Shown: positions 25,363-39,312, numbered from the whole stretch's first letter. The stretch: DNA of 63,150 bases, filler included, from Reticulomyxa filosa (GCA_000512085.1; 22 parts of 22 records of this genome joined end to end with filler, not necessarily neighbours in it), one strand, 5' to 3'. Notes: generated from the sequence alone by a model not told the origin. Program-made: numbers and translations.

Positions 25363-27800
25363 ATCACGAGCTGACGATTCAAAATCCAAGTTGTGCATGT
25401 GCGCACGCATACGACTAGTTTCGGCACGAGTGCTTAATCTCTACGTTAACAAAATTAGCTCAATTTTCATAACGACTAGTGTTCCCTTGTTCCATTAGCA
25501 ACAAAAAAAGTCGTCGAATTGCGATCTATCAGCGCCTTGCTTCGCCAACAATTATCCGCAGAGACTTTAATGCGCATATGTTGATTGCAAACGCTCTTTA
25601 CGATAATTTGGACTACAACTGCTTGAAATTGCCGCATTCATTTATAATTTTCCATTGGGTCGCGACATTGAAATTTAGTCGACACCTGCGAGTGGCGACT
25701 TTGCGCGTTTCCAGACATGAAAAACGATTACATGGACAAACTTAACAAAGCCGACCAATTGTGCTATTTTTATAAATAAAAAAAAAATCCAACACGATAT
25801 AATATGTCGAAATTTTTTTTGCTCTCTTCTTGCCTTCTGGTGTCTTATACAACTCCTCCACCGAATTGAATCACTTACATTGAGCAATTCTCCCGACCGC
25901 CATCAATGGATATTTTATGACAACTTCTATCGCTGCAGCCGTGGCTACACCATAACGTTGACATCGCTTTCACCAGTATTCTTTTATGTTCTTCTTGGCG
26001 AACTTGCTTTTATGTTTTGGCGGCATCAAGATCTAGATTTTTTGTTATTAATCTATGATAATCTTGTTCCATTGTTCTAGTGTTACCATATAATAGACTT
26101 GTTCCAACTACAAAATTCACCCAATCTCTTCGCCCTTGTGATGACAGACACACCTTGACCTTGGATAAAGCTTGCTATTGGAAGTGCTCGCATCATCGCC
26201 ATGTGTCTCATTCGACAATGTTTGAATTAGCGATCCAATGATTCTTTTCTTCATTATTGGACGTATTCTTTGTTGATATTCTTTCTTCCTTTCTTGCATG
26301 CGATGATTGAGCGTGATTTTTGAGTACGCCAACGGTCCCTATGGCTTTACAATTCAAAATTGATTATTCGAATCCTACTCAAACAAACACAAATTGGTAA
26401 TATACAATTCATTTTTCACGAAGTGCTATAATAATGCGGCGAATACAAAGTATTGATTATCATCTAACACGTTGCCTGTAGTCCATAGTCGAACAAGCGC
26501 CAATTATCTTTGCTAAATTGTCTCCTGGATCGATACACACAAGGAACACGACTCTAGCAGGAGTGAGTTAAAAATGCAGCCAACTCTCTCTTCACCTATC
26601 ATCAATGCCAATGCCTCGCGAGCTCACGATTCTTCCATCAGCATACGCACACCTAAGACCCAAAGTTGCGAACGTGCGCATGCATACGGCCAGTTTTGGC
26701 TGTTGTTCTGTGCTCATAAAGTTAGTGCAATTTTTATAACAACGAGTTTCCCTTTGTCGGCGTTGATAGATCGCAGTTCGACGTTTTCTTTGGTGCTATG
26801 CTACGCCAAAGGTTATCCGCAGAGACTTGTGCGCCTACGTTGATGGCAAACAAGTTCTTTCTAGTGCTCGGATTGTACTGGTGGATGTTGTCGCACTTGT
26901 TCAGTATTTTTCATTGAGGCGTGCTATGTGAAGATGTGCGTTTCGCACAACTCCTCAATCAAATTGAAATGCTAACACAGAACGATTCCCCAATGTAGTG
27001 ATTTGCTTGACGGCTATTTTCCGACAACGTCCTCGTTCTTCACTTGCCTTCCAATTCTTCACAAGTTCAGTCGCTGCCGCCGTTGCGACACCATAATGTT
27101 GATTTGCGCAATATCAGTCTTTTTTTTTCTTCTTGTTTCATACTATGACGGCACCAAGATTCAGATTGTCCACGATGGTCTGGTAGAATCTTTTCCAACT
27201 GTTCCAACGCTATATCGCGAAGTTATCCAACTACGAATCCCATATCGTCTGGTCGCAATTGTGTCCTTGTCGAATGAACGCAATCATTTCCAGTACATCC
27301 AACGTTTAGATTGTTGATGTAATGATGGAACATACTATTTATATTTTCTTCTTTATTATTAGACAAAAAATACAAACAATTTTTTCTTCTATCGCTATAT
27401 CTTCACCAATCACTAACGTCAATTGTCGCTCGCGAGCTCACGATTCCTATCATCAGCACACTCATGAACCAAAATCCAAAGTTGCGAGTATGCGCAAGTA
27501 TACCGTAAGTTTTGGCATCGACCAGTCTCCACTCATCTGTTGTTCAGCGTTTAAAAGGCGCAATTTCCACAACGATCACTTTTTTATTGTTCGCAGGCGC
27601 CATCTTTGATTCTTTGCCACTCCAATAACTATCTGTAAAGACTTGTTCGCCGTAAACGTAATCACACAAGTCCTTCCAATGCTCATGTTGACAATGAGAT
27701 TGATATTTCCACAATCTTCCATTATGGCGCGAGATGTGAAGTTCGTCAACGTCTGGAAACGCGCAAAGTCGCTCTCGAGTGAGAGCCATTACAACTTAAA
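25363..27800 (-). pseudogene. Three tandem decayed copies of a UPF1/DNA2-like SF1 helicase C-terminal region
   Basis: The block cgagctcacgatt...aagttgcga..tgcgca..atac...ttttggc recurs at ~25365, ~26615 and ~27430. Minus-strand relics: NVMVATAAA, VELRSINADKGKLVVI (xTVDxxQGxExDVVI) and KLAVC/ARSQLWVLG (motif VI, RLNVAxTRARxxLxxxG). Riddled with stops. Confidence 0.55.
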
Positions 27801-28449
27801 AAAAATCAATGCTGTAGCATCGGAATTATATTTGCTACTGTTGTTGCTTTTTTTTTTTTCTTTTTATTTTTTTCTATATCTTTTTCTCTTTTTTCTTTTT
27901 CTCTTTCAATCTTTTTTTCCATTTGTCATTTTTTATTTTTTCATTTTTCAACAACTTTTTCCTTTTTTTTATTTTCTCATTCTTTTATTTTTCATTTTTC
28001 TTAACAAAATTTTTCTATTTTTTCCCTCTTTTTTTTCCATCCCTTTTTTCCATCCATTTTCCCTCCCTTTTTCCATCCATTTTCCCTCCCTTTTTCCATA
28101 TATTTTTTTCCCACAAATTTTCCCTAATCCTGTCAAATAAAAAAAAAATAAAAATAAAAAATAATAAAAAAAACAATTTCCAATCTTGTTTGCTCTTGAT
28201 TCCTATAAACATATTCACAAACTAAAGAATTTTTCATTTTTAAAAAAAACTNNNNNNNNNNNNNNNNNNNNNNNNNNNNNNNNNNNNNNNNNNNNTTAAT
28301 TAATTAANNNNNNNNNNNNNNNNNNNNNNNNNNNNNNNNNNNNNNNNNNNNTGTGTGTGTGTGTGTGTATGTATGTCGTCCAATGAAAAAGAAGCCAAAG
28401 TATATTAACAATCTCTCCTCCCTTACAAGACGTACAAAATAAAGACCAA

Positions 28450-29193
28450 ACTGCCAAAGAAACAGTTGATGCAGCTCGACGAAGTGCAATCACCCAATTG
28501 TCCCTTTCTTCTTTGCTTTTCGCATAGCGTCTCAAAGATTGAGACCCTATATTCTGTGGCGGTTGGAATTCAATCCCAAAGTATTGCCTGTTTTTGTCTT
28601 TGCCACGTGCATATTGATCTTCAAATGGTTCAATGAACCACCCTTGAACAAACAGCGCGTCTGTTGGCATCTTTTCATCCGAAGGCCTAACAATATATAC
28701 ATGTATGTATATATTTTTTTTTTCTTTTTTTTGAAGATCACATTATTGCTTTTTTTTGTGACAAGCATCGTGTTTTTTATATACATATACACATATATAA
28801 ACTAAACTTAAACATGTACAAAAACTTGTCTTTCAAGACATAAGTGCGCTCGACCCAGCCTCCTGTAGTTCTTCCGATTTTGAAAAGCGTGCCTTTTTTT
28901 TGTATCGAAGCTTTCGTGCAAGTACGACTGACGGCAGTGTTGAGATTGACCAAAGGTTCCAGCCTCATTATCTCTTTGAGCTCGAGCTTACCGCCACATT
29001 GGATGCAATATTTCAACACGAGTTCCTTTTCTTTCGTTTTTGCACTTGAGGCCGACAGCAAGCGCCATTGTTTTCAAATACTAAGAATTCGACATTATCT
29101 CTACGTGCGCTCTCACCTGGCGACGTTACTCCACGAAAGAGAGAAGAGTGGTTACTACCATTGTTGCTACTACTACTGTTATTATTATTATTA

Positions 29194-29230
<37 letters not shown>

Positions 29231-31039
29231 TACCATTGCTACTATTACCGTTGCTACTATTACTGCTATTATTACTGTTATTATTATTATTATTATTACT
29301 GTTATTATGATTGTTATTATTACAAGTGCTAGTATGAAGATTAGTGCCGCACATGTCAATCTTCTGTATCGACTTTGTAAACTTGAATCCACAGCCCTTG
29401 CACGTATAAATACAAAAGTGGTCTTCATAGGCCTCACGCTGAAGCTTGTCCACTAGTTTTTGGTGCAACGGAGCTAACGCCACTGGCACTTGGGATTGTA
29501 CGGTAGCTGACATTACTGTGTGACCCATAATATATTTATATACGTCCTAAAGTCCAATTGTTTTTTTTTTTTTTTTTCCCCCTTCTTTTTTTTTTCTCTC
29601 TTTCTCTTTTCTTTATTCCCTTTCTCCTTGCTAAATTGGTGCACAAACCATTTGGACTCGGCATGGACTTGACGCGTCGTGGAGAGTCGTGCCGAATCGA
29701 AAACTGCGAATACGAGAACGTTCGCTCGAGCGGATGGGGGACCGACGTGATGCTCTTTGGCGATGTGCTAACGGGCTCGCCATTGTTCACTGACGGAGCG
29801 TGTGGGTGGTTGACGTGGGGCTGGTCTTCGTCAATCATTGTGTCCCCTTCTGTCCCATTGTCGTCAACGGTAAGCTCCGACGTTGCAGCTATTTTTGTGT
29901 CTTCCGATCCTTCTTCCCCCCAAACATGTTTCGCAAATTCGGTGTTCAACACCTCCATAGCTGCTGGGTTGCGCGACACCCACTCGCGGAATTGTCCGCG
30001 GCTCAGTTTCTGCGAGTCCTGCTGGTCGTTCTGTGCGAACGCGTCATCCACCAAATGGTTTACTGTTTTCCGGGTCATCTCCGATAGACGAAACAAATTC
30101 TCCGTATCATTCACCGGGTCCAAGGTCTTTGAAAATATGTTAGTTTTTTTTTTTTTTTTTTTTGACAAATGTTTACCTTTTCCCTTTTATTGTACGCATA
30201 TACGCAATTCAACTTATATATATGCAATATATATTGTATATGTACATATTTATTTCTTTATTCTTTTATGGCTTTGACATACCGGTGTACCATCGATAGT
30301 TCTGTTGGTACCACCATCATAAAATATGCTTGTAGTAGGTGTAACCAAAGAGAACAATACCATGCCCAATTCTTCTTTTGTAATACATTCCTGTCCATCC
30401 AATCCGTACATTTCAAATAGCATATCTATTTTTTCGTTCATTGATCCACGATTGTACTGTTCAAGTGTATATGAAAATGTGTCACTTTGGTTTTTTTTTT
30501 TCTTATTCCTCCCCCCCCTTTTGGAAAAAAATTCAATGTTTATGACATGAATTTTTTTAGGGGTCAAAAAAAATGGGGACAATGGGAAGGGGGATTTTTT
30601 TTTTTAAAAAAACGTCCATTTTTTTGTTGTTGTTGTTGTTATATTACGCGTGCTAAACCGGTTACGAATGCGTCAAATTTGATCACACCATCTTTTTTTG
30701 TATCAAATACATCAAATAAACGCTCCCCCAAAATTCCAGGCAAATTAAAATAATCCAAAAAGACCTCTTTTGACATGCTCTTATCTGGAGATCTATTGTT
30801 CACAACATTTCATTTTGCTTGTTGAAACATTTCACCACCATTTCCTTGCCAAAGAAACAACATAACCAAATTCAATTTTTTTACCGTTTGACTAGGTCCT
30901 GAAACATTCGGTCTAATAGTGTCAGTTCTTTTTCGTTGTAGCGAGCCCATTGCTCGTCTTTGGCAAAATCTACCTGGCTTAGCCGTCTTCGGATCATATG
31001 ATGAGCTGCTTGGCTTGTGTCTCCATGTCCGTTTCCCAT
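28450..31039 (-). CDS. EF-hand + split Zn-ribbon + PH domain protein with putative myristoylation site (CDPK7-like architecture; any kinase domain would lie beyond the contig end)
   Basis: MGNG start; LPGILGERLFDVFDTKKDGVIKFDAF, KIDMLFEMYGLDGQECITKEEL and NDQQDSQKLSRGQFREWV (calcineurin-B-like EF hands); CKGC...CIQC; PH domain KKGTLFKIGRTTGGWVERTYVLKDKFLYMF...AKSKEERDNWVIALR. About 6 exons; frameshift at ~29063. Confidence 0.8.
29150..29320. repeat. (AAT/AAC)n trinucleotide tract encoding poly-Asn/Ser
   Basis: Imperfect TTA/TTG repeat inside the coding exon of the EF-hand/PH gene. Confidence 0.9.
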
Positions 31040-31381
31040 TTTTTCCCTTTTTTCACAGAGCAAATTGCTTTTGGATGGATAACCCGCCTAAGCAGTGAAC
31101 TAAAAAAAAAAACTCGGTCATTTGGCGGCGTGTTTTCCGTGTGCTGAGTTCGAAATTTCAAAAGCAGTTCTTTGTCTCAATGTTATCTAAACATATGACA
31201 TGGCATAAATGACTACCGTTATTTATTTTTATGCTTTAAAAAATAAATAAGTCGCTGTATTCCAAATGAAGCCCTTGACTTCAGTTGGCCAATACTGATA
31301 TAAAATAAATCCCTTTGTCGCTTTGAACTGTGGTAGTAGGCTTCCTTTTTCATTTAAAAAAAACGCAATAATATTGATAAT
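31040..31381. promoter_or_regulatory. Short head-to-head intergenic region, putative bidirectional promoter
   Basis: 342 bp between the ATGs of the divergent EF-hand/PH and nitrilase genes. Position only; no specific motif identified. Confidence 0.45.
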
Positions 31382-32430
31382 ATGAGCTCGTCCAAATCAA
31401 GACCATTAATAGCAGTGGCACAATTATGTTCTACAAGCAATGTAGAAGAAAATTTCAAAGTAGTATCGTCATTGATAAAGGAGATATGCACAACCCACCG
31501 AAACAACGTCTCAATGATATTTTTGCCAGAGAACTTTGCGTTTGTCGGTGATGGCGTGACGAAGTCGTATGACATAGCGGACGAATCATTATCGAACTGT
31601 CCACTGTTAACGAAATATGCAAGCTTGGCAAAAGGGCACAAAGTGTGGTTGTCATTGGGCGGATTTCCGCTGAAATCTTTGGAAAGCCAGCCATCACAAA
31701 AGACTGAGCCACAAAAGACATACAACACACATATCATTGTGAATTCCAGCGGCATCATTGTTTCTGTTTATCAAAAGTTGCATCTGTTTGACGTGGATAT
31801 CAAAAATCAAATTACCATCAAAGGTCTGTGTTTGTAACATTTCTGTTATTATTATTATTGTTATTGTTATTACTTATCTATTTTTTTTTTTTTTTAAAAT
31901 AAAAAAAAAAAATATCTGTTAAATGTTTGATATCAGAAAGCAGTGGAACACAACCTGGTAAAGAAATGGTAGTTAGTGAAACTCCGATAGGGACGATGGG
32001 TTTGTCCGTTTGTTATGACGTGCGATTTCCCGAGCTGTACACAAATTTGCGCCATCGCGGGAAGTGTCAGGTGTTGTGCATTCCAGCAGCTTTTTCGTTC
32101 CCTACCGGGAGTGCCCATTGGCATACGCTGACCCAAGCGCGAGCTATTGAAAATCAATGTTATGTAATTGCAGCTGCGCAGATTGGGCGACACGATGCCA
32201 GCGGCAAGCGCATTTCGTATGGGCATGCGCTTGTAGTCGATCCGTGGGGCACTATTGTCGCTCAGACGTCCACTAAAAAAATTTCGGATTATTGCATTGC
32301 AGAAATCGATCCCAAGGTGGTGCAACAGGTACGGAATGAAATGCCGATACATTTGCATCGAAGACAGGATGTTTATTCCAAACCTATTCAAATTTCCCCC
32401 TTGTCAATAAACCCGAAGTCCAAATTGTAA
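31382..32430 (+). CDS. NIT1: Nitrilase-family deaminated glutathione amidase (Nit1); exons 31382-31823 and 31937-32430
   Basis: IAVAQL, FLPENF (Glu), YQKLHLFDVD (Lys), GLSVCYDVRFPE (Cys), PAAF...TGSAHWHTL.QARAIENQCYVIAAAQIGRH...SYGHALVVDPWG. Clean GT-AG intron joining ITIK-ESS. Confidence 0.92.
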
Positions 32431-32840
32431 TTTATTAAAACTTTGTTTGCTTCAATTATTATTTCACTGTGTAAACACAAACATCCTTTTGTAATATGTC
32501 CATTGGTGTCATCGTCCCATTTATTCATTTGTGTGTTTTTCTCTAATGTATTGATAATAAAAAATCACTATCTTTTAATGCCAATTGAAACAATATTTTA
32601 CTTTCACAACGTACATCTTTAATGAGTATATGTGTATATTAAAGGGTATACTCATCGTTTATTACAAACCAAATGAATAATCAAAGTTACGTTGCGCTTG
32701 TGCTTCAACACTGAAAAGTGTATGGGTTCTTTGGATGCTTTCATTGTAAATGGAGATGACAGTAAAGTACAAAAGTAGTACTCTCACGTTGCACTGAACT
32801 AAAATTTTTATTTTTTTGCTCTTTTGTCAAACAAAACAAA

Positions 32841-33360
32841 ATGGTTTCAAAAGCGACGAAACAAGGTATTTGCTATTTCGAAATAGGCCTATTTATATTG
32901 TTTGCGTTATGTGTGAGTGTAAAATTGTTTCAATACTGGCTGGTAAGGCACGCAGTGGCACTAACAAAACGATACTGGGAAGTGGTAGTGATTTTGAACG
33001 TAGTGATAATAGTGTATTTGTTGGTGGAGAAAATATGTGGAATTTTGGAATATAGTGACGTATTGGATGACAAGAATCTGTCATTGACACTGCATATTCG
33101 GTCGTTTGTGTTTGTGAGCACACCCAAGTTGGTGGTGTTTTGTTTTTTATGTCGTGCTTGGCACTTGTATTACGACATTCAGTTTGCGTTATCGTCAGAA
33201 TCTGGCAAATGGACCCAATACATTGACAAAATGTATCAAGTGAAGAATTGGTTTTATATGCACAAGCAATGGTATGGATCGCTTCATTGGAGCTTAACTC
33301 GAGTGTTTATTCCGGTTTACGTGATTAGCCAAATTGTTACTACGTTATGGTGGCACTTCA

Positions 33361-33400
<40 letters not shown>

Positions 33401-35250
33401 TATTACCTTTAAACCTTAAAAAAAAAAAAATTATGTAATATAAAAACATTATACGTACACAAATTGTATATTATTTTTTGCACACATTGCAAATAACGCA
33501 AATGTGCACAAAACAAAAACAAAAAAATGATGCACAGTACACTTTTGGAGCTAACAGGATTGACATTATTTTATGTTGTGGATTACCTATTTTACATTGT
33601 GCCGCTAATTCTGTTTCTTATTGTTTGGATCAAAACCCCTCGCTTCGCTGACGAATTTCGCATTGGGTAACAACTCTCTTCATTTCATCATTTTCCTTTA
33701 GTTTTTTTATTTTTATTTTTATTTTTTAAAAAAATGGGTACGTGCATGTTTGTGTGTTGATCAGAGATGAAATGCAACTGACCTTGCGAATTGGTATTGT
33801 CGCATTGCTCGGCTACATAATCAATGGTGTCGCAAGGACGTTCCATTTGGCAAGTGAGTACTGGATCGCAGTATTCACTTTGGCGTTCTTTGCCGTTGTG
33901 TTTTGGGCATGGGCCATGGTCACGACATATTGGGTTTTGCATCGAGCGCACATTGATTTGAGCTATCACACCTTTGGTGCAAAAGGTATGTTAGAATACT
34001 TCGTTGTGTATTATACATATATATATTTATATATATGTATATGTATAATACATAATATTCTATTTTGCAAATGGTACATGACTCTTTATATATATATGTA
34101 TATATATATATATATGTTGGGCAGAGAAGACTCGAATAGCAATACCAAAAGCGCTCGATCCTTGGATATGTTGCAAGTGCAAGTCAAAGGGATAGAAGCG
34201 TTGAATCATAAAAAAAAAAAAGGAACTCGAGCAAATGCTCGATGCAAATAGCCATGTTGGATATTTTGAAAGACTCGATTGGATTGGAATTGTTCATGGC
34301 ACATTTGCTCAAAGAGTTCAGTCCTGAAGGTAATTGAAGTTTTTTTTTGTTCTCTCTTTTGCCATACGTAAAATAGTTATTATAAATATATACATATATA
34401 TATGTATATGTATATGTATATGTATGTATAATGACAAAAAAAAAGGTATGTTGGGACTGATTGAACTCTGTCAGTTCCATTGCTTTGCTCAACATCACTT
34501 TGGAGTGCAGTCGCAAAATGTGACAATGGAATCGGAGGTCTTAGATAATGCCACGCTAGTGGGCGACGCGACAAAATTTTCAGAACAGACCTCCTATTCC
34601 GGCGACATTAAAATAAATAGGTCGCCTGGCTCGGTCGATTCCGAAAAGGACAATGGCAGCGCAATGCCAGCGCCGGAACAAATAGCCATGGAAATTGTCC
34701 AATTGGAGAGTGTGAACACTGTTTCATTGGAGTCGACGACACAAAGCGCTGACGATGCGCAGTCGTTGTCCACGATTGAGAAAATGCTCCCAAAAAATCT
34801 GTTTGGTCGCGTCACTAAACAGATATGGTTTAAAACAAAAAGCGATCTTCGTGATGACAGCTCGCTCTTAAAATCTAACATTTTGTCTTTTTCTTATCGT
34901 TTGGATAAACACACTCTCTTAACTTTTCCGTCGAATATTCCTCGTTCCACCATTGTCTTTGATGACAAGCTTACCTTGCAAGAAAAAGCAAATCGGCTCG
35001 TTGATGTGAGAGAAATAAAAAGAGAGGAGAAAAGGGGAGGGAAGAGAGAGAGAGAGAAGAGAAGATAGGAGTATTTATTTTTATATGTGTATAAAATAAT
35101 GACAATACTTTTGGAAATTTCCATAATGTGCACCAAAGTATGTAAATATGGCGTTCATTGCTGTGCATGTTCTATGTATATGTATGTACGTATTCACCGA
35201 TATAGAAATATGTGAGGCCAGGGGCATTGTTCGAACTCAATGTCGGAGTT
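32841..35250 (+). CDS. 7TM-RGS protein (multi-pass membrane domain fused to a Regulator of G-protein Signalling domain); 3' truncated
   Basis: About 7 hydrophobic segments over the first exons, then LDILKDSIGLELFMAHLLKEFSPE/GMLGLIELCQF ... IPRSTIV...EKANRLVD/KYVRPGALFELNV (RGS signature). Frameshift in the A-run at ~34210. Confidence 0.8.
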
Positions 35251-35489
35251 AGGTGTTTTGAGGCATACTCAATTTGCACGTAGCCTTGTTTTTCTATTTA
35301 TTGCCAGACCGAATCTATCCTCTCTCCNNNNNNNNNNNNNNNNNNNNNNNNNNNNNNNNNNNNNNNNNNNNTTAATTAATTAANNNNNNNNNNNNNNNNN
35401 NNNNNNNNNNNNNNNNNNNNNNNNNNNTATTTTATTTTATTTTTCAAATTAGTCAATTAAAAGACATATATGTACATATATAATAACAA

Positions 35490-37361
35490 GGTTTGGTCGT
35501 ATTATCAAATTGTGGAAGAAATTGAAGGACCACTTCAGAGCATAACAAACCCAGAAATTGGGCCGGTTACTTGTTTGGCCATTTGTCACAATCGGCTATT
35601 TGCCAGTTGTCAAACGAAAGATATTCACATTTGGCAATGCCCAAAGAATTACTTTCAGCGACAAAGTAGTCACGGTTCCAAAGTAGCCAACTCAGGAGGC
35701 CGTTCACATGCACATGCACATGCACATGCACAGGCGCAAAGTCAGCCCTTTGCTGTCAATTATTTGGGGAAAATGTGTGGGCATATGAGTGTCATCACCG
35801 TGTTGAAGGCGTATGGCAATGTGTTGATATCTGCCTCCAAAGACGGCATTGTTCAGATTTGGAGCGTTTCAAATTTGCAAAGACTATCGATGCTATTGTA
35901 TCCCGGGTCCGTGTTGGATCTCACCATTTTCCCAAATCCTTTGCCACTGTGTCATGTCTCGATGTATCAGCATTATCAATCTCTTGTGGGACGCACCGGC
36001 ACTTCGAATGGCAGCACTTTGCCATTTTCTGAGCATTCACAAGACACAAACAGACTCTTTGGCCACAATGACGATATTCAACACTTTTCGCCGCAATTCA
36101 ATACACACGGCTCTCCAAGGACGTCTTTGTTAACAGAAGAAAATCGACACCCACAAATGTCTTCGGAAGATAAGGATAGCAATATGACAGATATTAATCC
36201 GTATGGAGGAGGAGGAGGAGGTATTGATATTCTTGCAGATAAAATGCCGCAAGATGCACAGGGGTATGGTCTTATTCGTGACATGCCAAACCAAAGTAGC
36301 GAAAGAAATTTACTTGACAATCAACCAGACTTCTTGTTGCAAAACACGGAAAATGTGAAAAAGGAACGACAATTACTGCTCTCTGGAGAGCTCACTAGCA
36401 CTGTTCTCCCACACTTACAATTTGATATCGATCAATTGCGACTTATCATCGGTGGCGACAACGGAGAAATCCATGTTTGGCATGTTGTTGATTGGACCAG
36501 AGAAAAGGTACTGCGAGGACACGGAGATAAAGTTACTTGCCTTGATGCATTTGGAAATCGCTTAGTAAGTGGCTATGCGAATGGAAATATCAAGGTTATT
36601 TATTTTTGTTTCATTTTGTTTTGCGTTGTTATGTTAAATTTCCTTGTGTCGCTTTTTGTTTGCTGAAATAGTTGTGGGATGACGAGTTTCATTGCATTGG
36701 CACTGCCTTTGGACATCCCTTGCTGCATCCGGGCTCGCATGTCATTCCCAGCTCAGATTTGTTTGACATTGAGGATCACGTGACCGGGGGTGCATGTTGG
36801 TACCATCCTCTGTTCAACAAGAAATGCGTCCAAAAAAACAGAAGCCACTGTCCGTCGCCGTGCGATGTGTATTGGTTATACCGTGCGATGGAGAGGGTGA
36901 CGGACAACAATTAGTGGATGATGTTCCCAATACCAGAGAAAAAGATTCTTTCAAACGATTGAGTACCACGGACGGATCAGAAAGAGAAAAAGAGTTTTGT
37001 TTTTAAACATGTTTGTCTTTGTTCTTCTCTTGCGTTGAATTGCTTCAAAGAAAAATTATAATATTTTCAATGTTGAAATGGAATGTTTACCAGAGAAAAG
37101 AGCCACGTGCCATTGTCTCGAATCGGTAAATTGTTTTCCGAAAGCAATAATGATTCTCGGGATGGAGATGACAAAAGTACAACAAGACCTTTGACAAATT
37201 TTGGAAATGTTGAAACTCCACTTAACAACGACGATAATAGTATTCAAGCCACAGGCTCGGTCAATCAAACTAGAAATATGAAACAGTTTGATAAATTTTT
37301 GATTTTGACGGGCTTGAGCGACGGAGGCATGGTCATGCACAAAACATTGATCGCATCGTAG
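35490..37361 (+). CDS. WD40-repeat protein with long insertions (3' part)
   Basis: GPVTCLA..HNRLFASCQTKDIHIW, GHMSVITVL..LISASKDGIVQIW, GDNGEIHVW, GHGDKVTCLD..LVSGYANGNIK/LWD. Frameshift in the G-run at ~36786. Confidence 0.85.
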
Positions 37362-37830
37362 TTTTTGTTAACATTCATATTTGTCGTGACTTTTCCATCG
37401 TTTGCTTGATGATGTACGTCTGCAAACTTTGTTTGTCATTGATCCCAAAGCCTGGGATAAAAATTTTAGAAAAGTTTGTGTTGGTTTATTTTGTTTTTTT
37501 TTGAAAATATGCCAAAACTGGTTCACAAAAATTGCGAATTCAGTTTGTTGGTCGTCAATTCCAGGAATAGGAACCAAGCAAAAAAATTTTGATACTCTTT
37601 AAAAAGCCATAAAACATGGAAAACATTTTTCTGCTGATTACCGAACAAATTTAATTTTTAAAGCGTTACTGAAAAAAACGATGATTTCAGAAAGGTGTGA
37701 TGCTCACATGAAATTGGGTAAATAAATAATCAAAATATCATAAATAAAAAAAATTTTCTATGTCACCTCGAGGATACGCCAAAATTTGCCTTTTTAAAAA
37801 TGTTCGTTTTTTGCCTCATTTGAAAAGAGT

Positions 37831-39165
37831 CTAAAATCGTGGGCTTGGTTTAATTAACATTTTTGCATCAAAGTTTATGGTTTCGTTTTGTGGTAATTTC
37901 TTTTTTGTTTCTTCGTCTTGTTCTTTGATAACAAGATTTGTTCCTGCATAAGACGTTCGTAATACTTGCATTTGCAAACTAGCCAATGCCTTACTCAAAA
38001 CTAAGGCTTCGTCTGTTTTTTTATAGCATACTCCATATTTTAACCATTCATCCATAATGACTGCCATTTTTGGAGGCGTGAGGCATAAACAACAATATTC
38101 GTATTGCAGTATGGGCAAACTTTGAGCGAATAATAAATATCTTGCTTCATTGGTGGGACACAAATCATATTGAATGATTTTGTCCCAATGATACAAATAA
38201 TCCATTACAATGAACACAGGTTTTTGATGGTAGGCATCTGCAAATATGTCACTTTTGCCACGAGATATATCACGCATTTCCTTGTCCGGGCGTAATCGTT
38301 GCTGCGACAAAGCCGATTTTTCTTTGTTTTTCTCGGCTGTAACAACAATAAAGATAAGAGACTGATAAACAATCATTTCAACAAATTTTTGTATTTATTA
38401 GGAAAGAGGAATGTTTTTTTACCAGCTTTGATTCTTTCAATCGTCGTGCTATATTTTCGTGAATACTTGGTGTAATTGGAATCATGAGGTCTACGTGAGA
38501 CCGATGGTGTCACAGGCAATGTACGTTTTAGCCAGGCATCATTGTCAGCAAAGGTCTCATTGTTGTCACCTGCCACACCAATAGCAGCGTGTTTCTTTTT
38601 GACGGGTGTAAACATAGTAGACAAATGCGATTTATCATTTCGATTATTTTTATATTCTGATCTAAATTGTGTCAGATTGGGATAAAAAGAGACGTCGACA
38701 TCCGGTTGATCTGTTTGTTCTTGGAAATCGTAAAGACAGCGAAACAAAGCTCGCAAGTGAATGCACAAGCGTGCAGATTTGCAACTTTGAAATACACGAT
38801 TTCTGTCCAAAGATTGGTTGATGACTTCTTCCAAATGGAGATACCATTGTGACGGGTCATTCAACTGTACGTTGTTATTTATTTATGCGTGTAAGAGTCA
38901 AGGCCATGCATGTTCGTTTGATTGAAATGCGTAACGCAACTGAAAAAGAGAAACATTAACAAAGTGTTGTGCTAATTCACAAAGATATCTATCTAATAAG
39001 TTCACATTCTTTCCATAGCAACACCAATACACCATACGTGCGTAATCCTGTTCAAAATAGGCTCGATTGGCCAGCTTGGTGCAAATGTTTGATGTCACAT
39101 AAAAAGGCATTTCCATTCGTTCACATATTTCCATCATTTCATGTGCTTCTTTGTCAGTCTTAATT
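37831..39165 (-). CDS. NUP85: Nucleoporin Nup85-like C-terminal region (5' truncated, multi-exon)
   Basis: EICERMEM...SNICTKLANRAY..QDYARMVYW and KIIQYDLCP....YLLFAQSLPILQ resemble, from recall, Nup85 'RICEQ..M...RSICKILAMKA...GSALSW' and '[21 protein letters not shown]'. Confidence 0.55.
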
Positions 39166-39166
39166 T

Positions 39167-39202
<36 letters not shown>

Positions 39203-39312
39203 GGGTTTTTTTNNNNNNNNNNNNNNNNNNNNNNNNNNNNNNNNNNNNNNNNNNNNTTAATTAATTAANNNNNNNNNNNNNNNNNNNNNNNNNNNNNNNN
39301 NNNNNNNNNNNN

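Noticed and set aside
29068-29456. Poly-Leu, poly-Ile and poly-Tyr ORFs (also 59836-60441)
   Set aside because: Alternative frames of (AAT)n microsatellites; the frame consistent with the flanking domains is poly-Asn.
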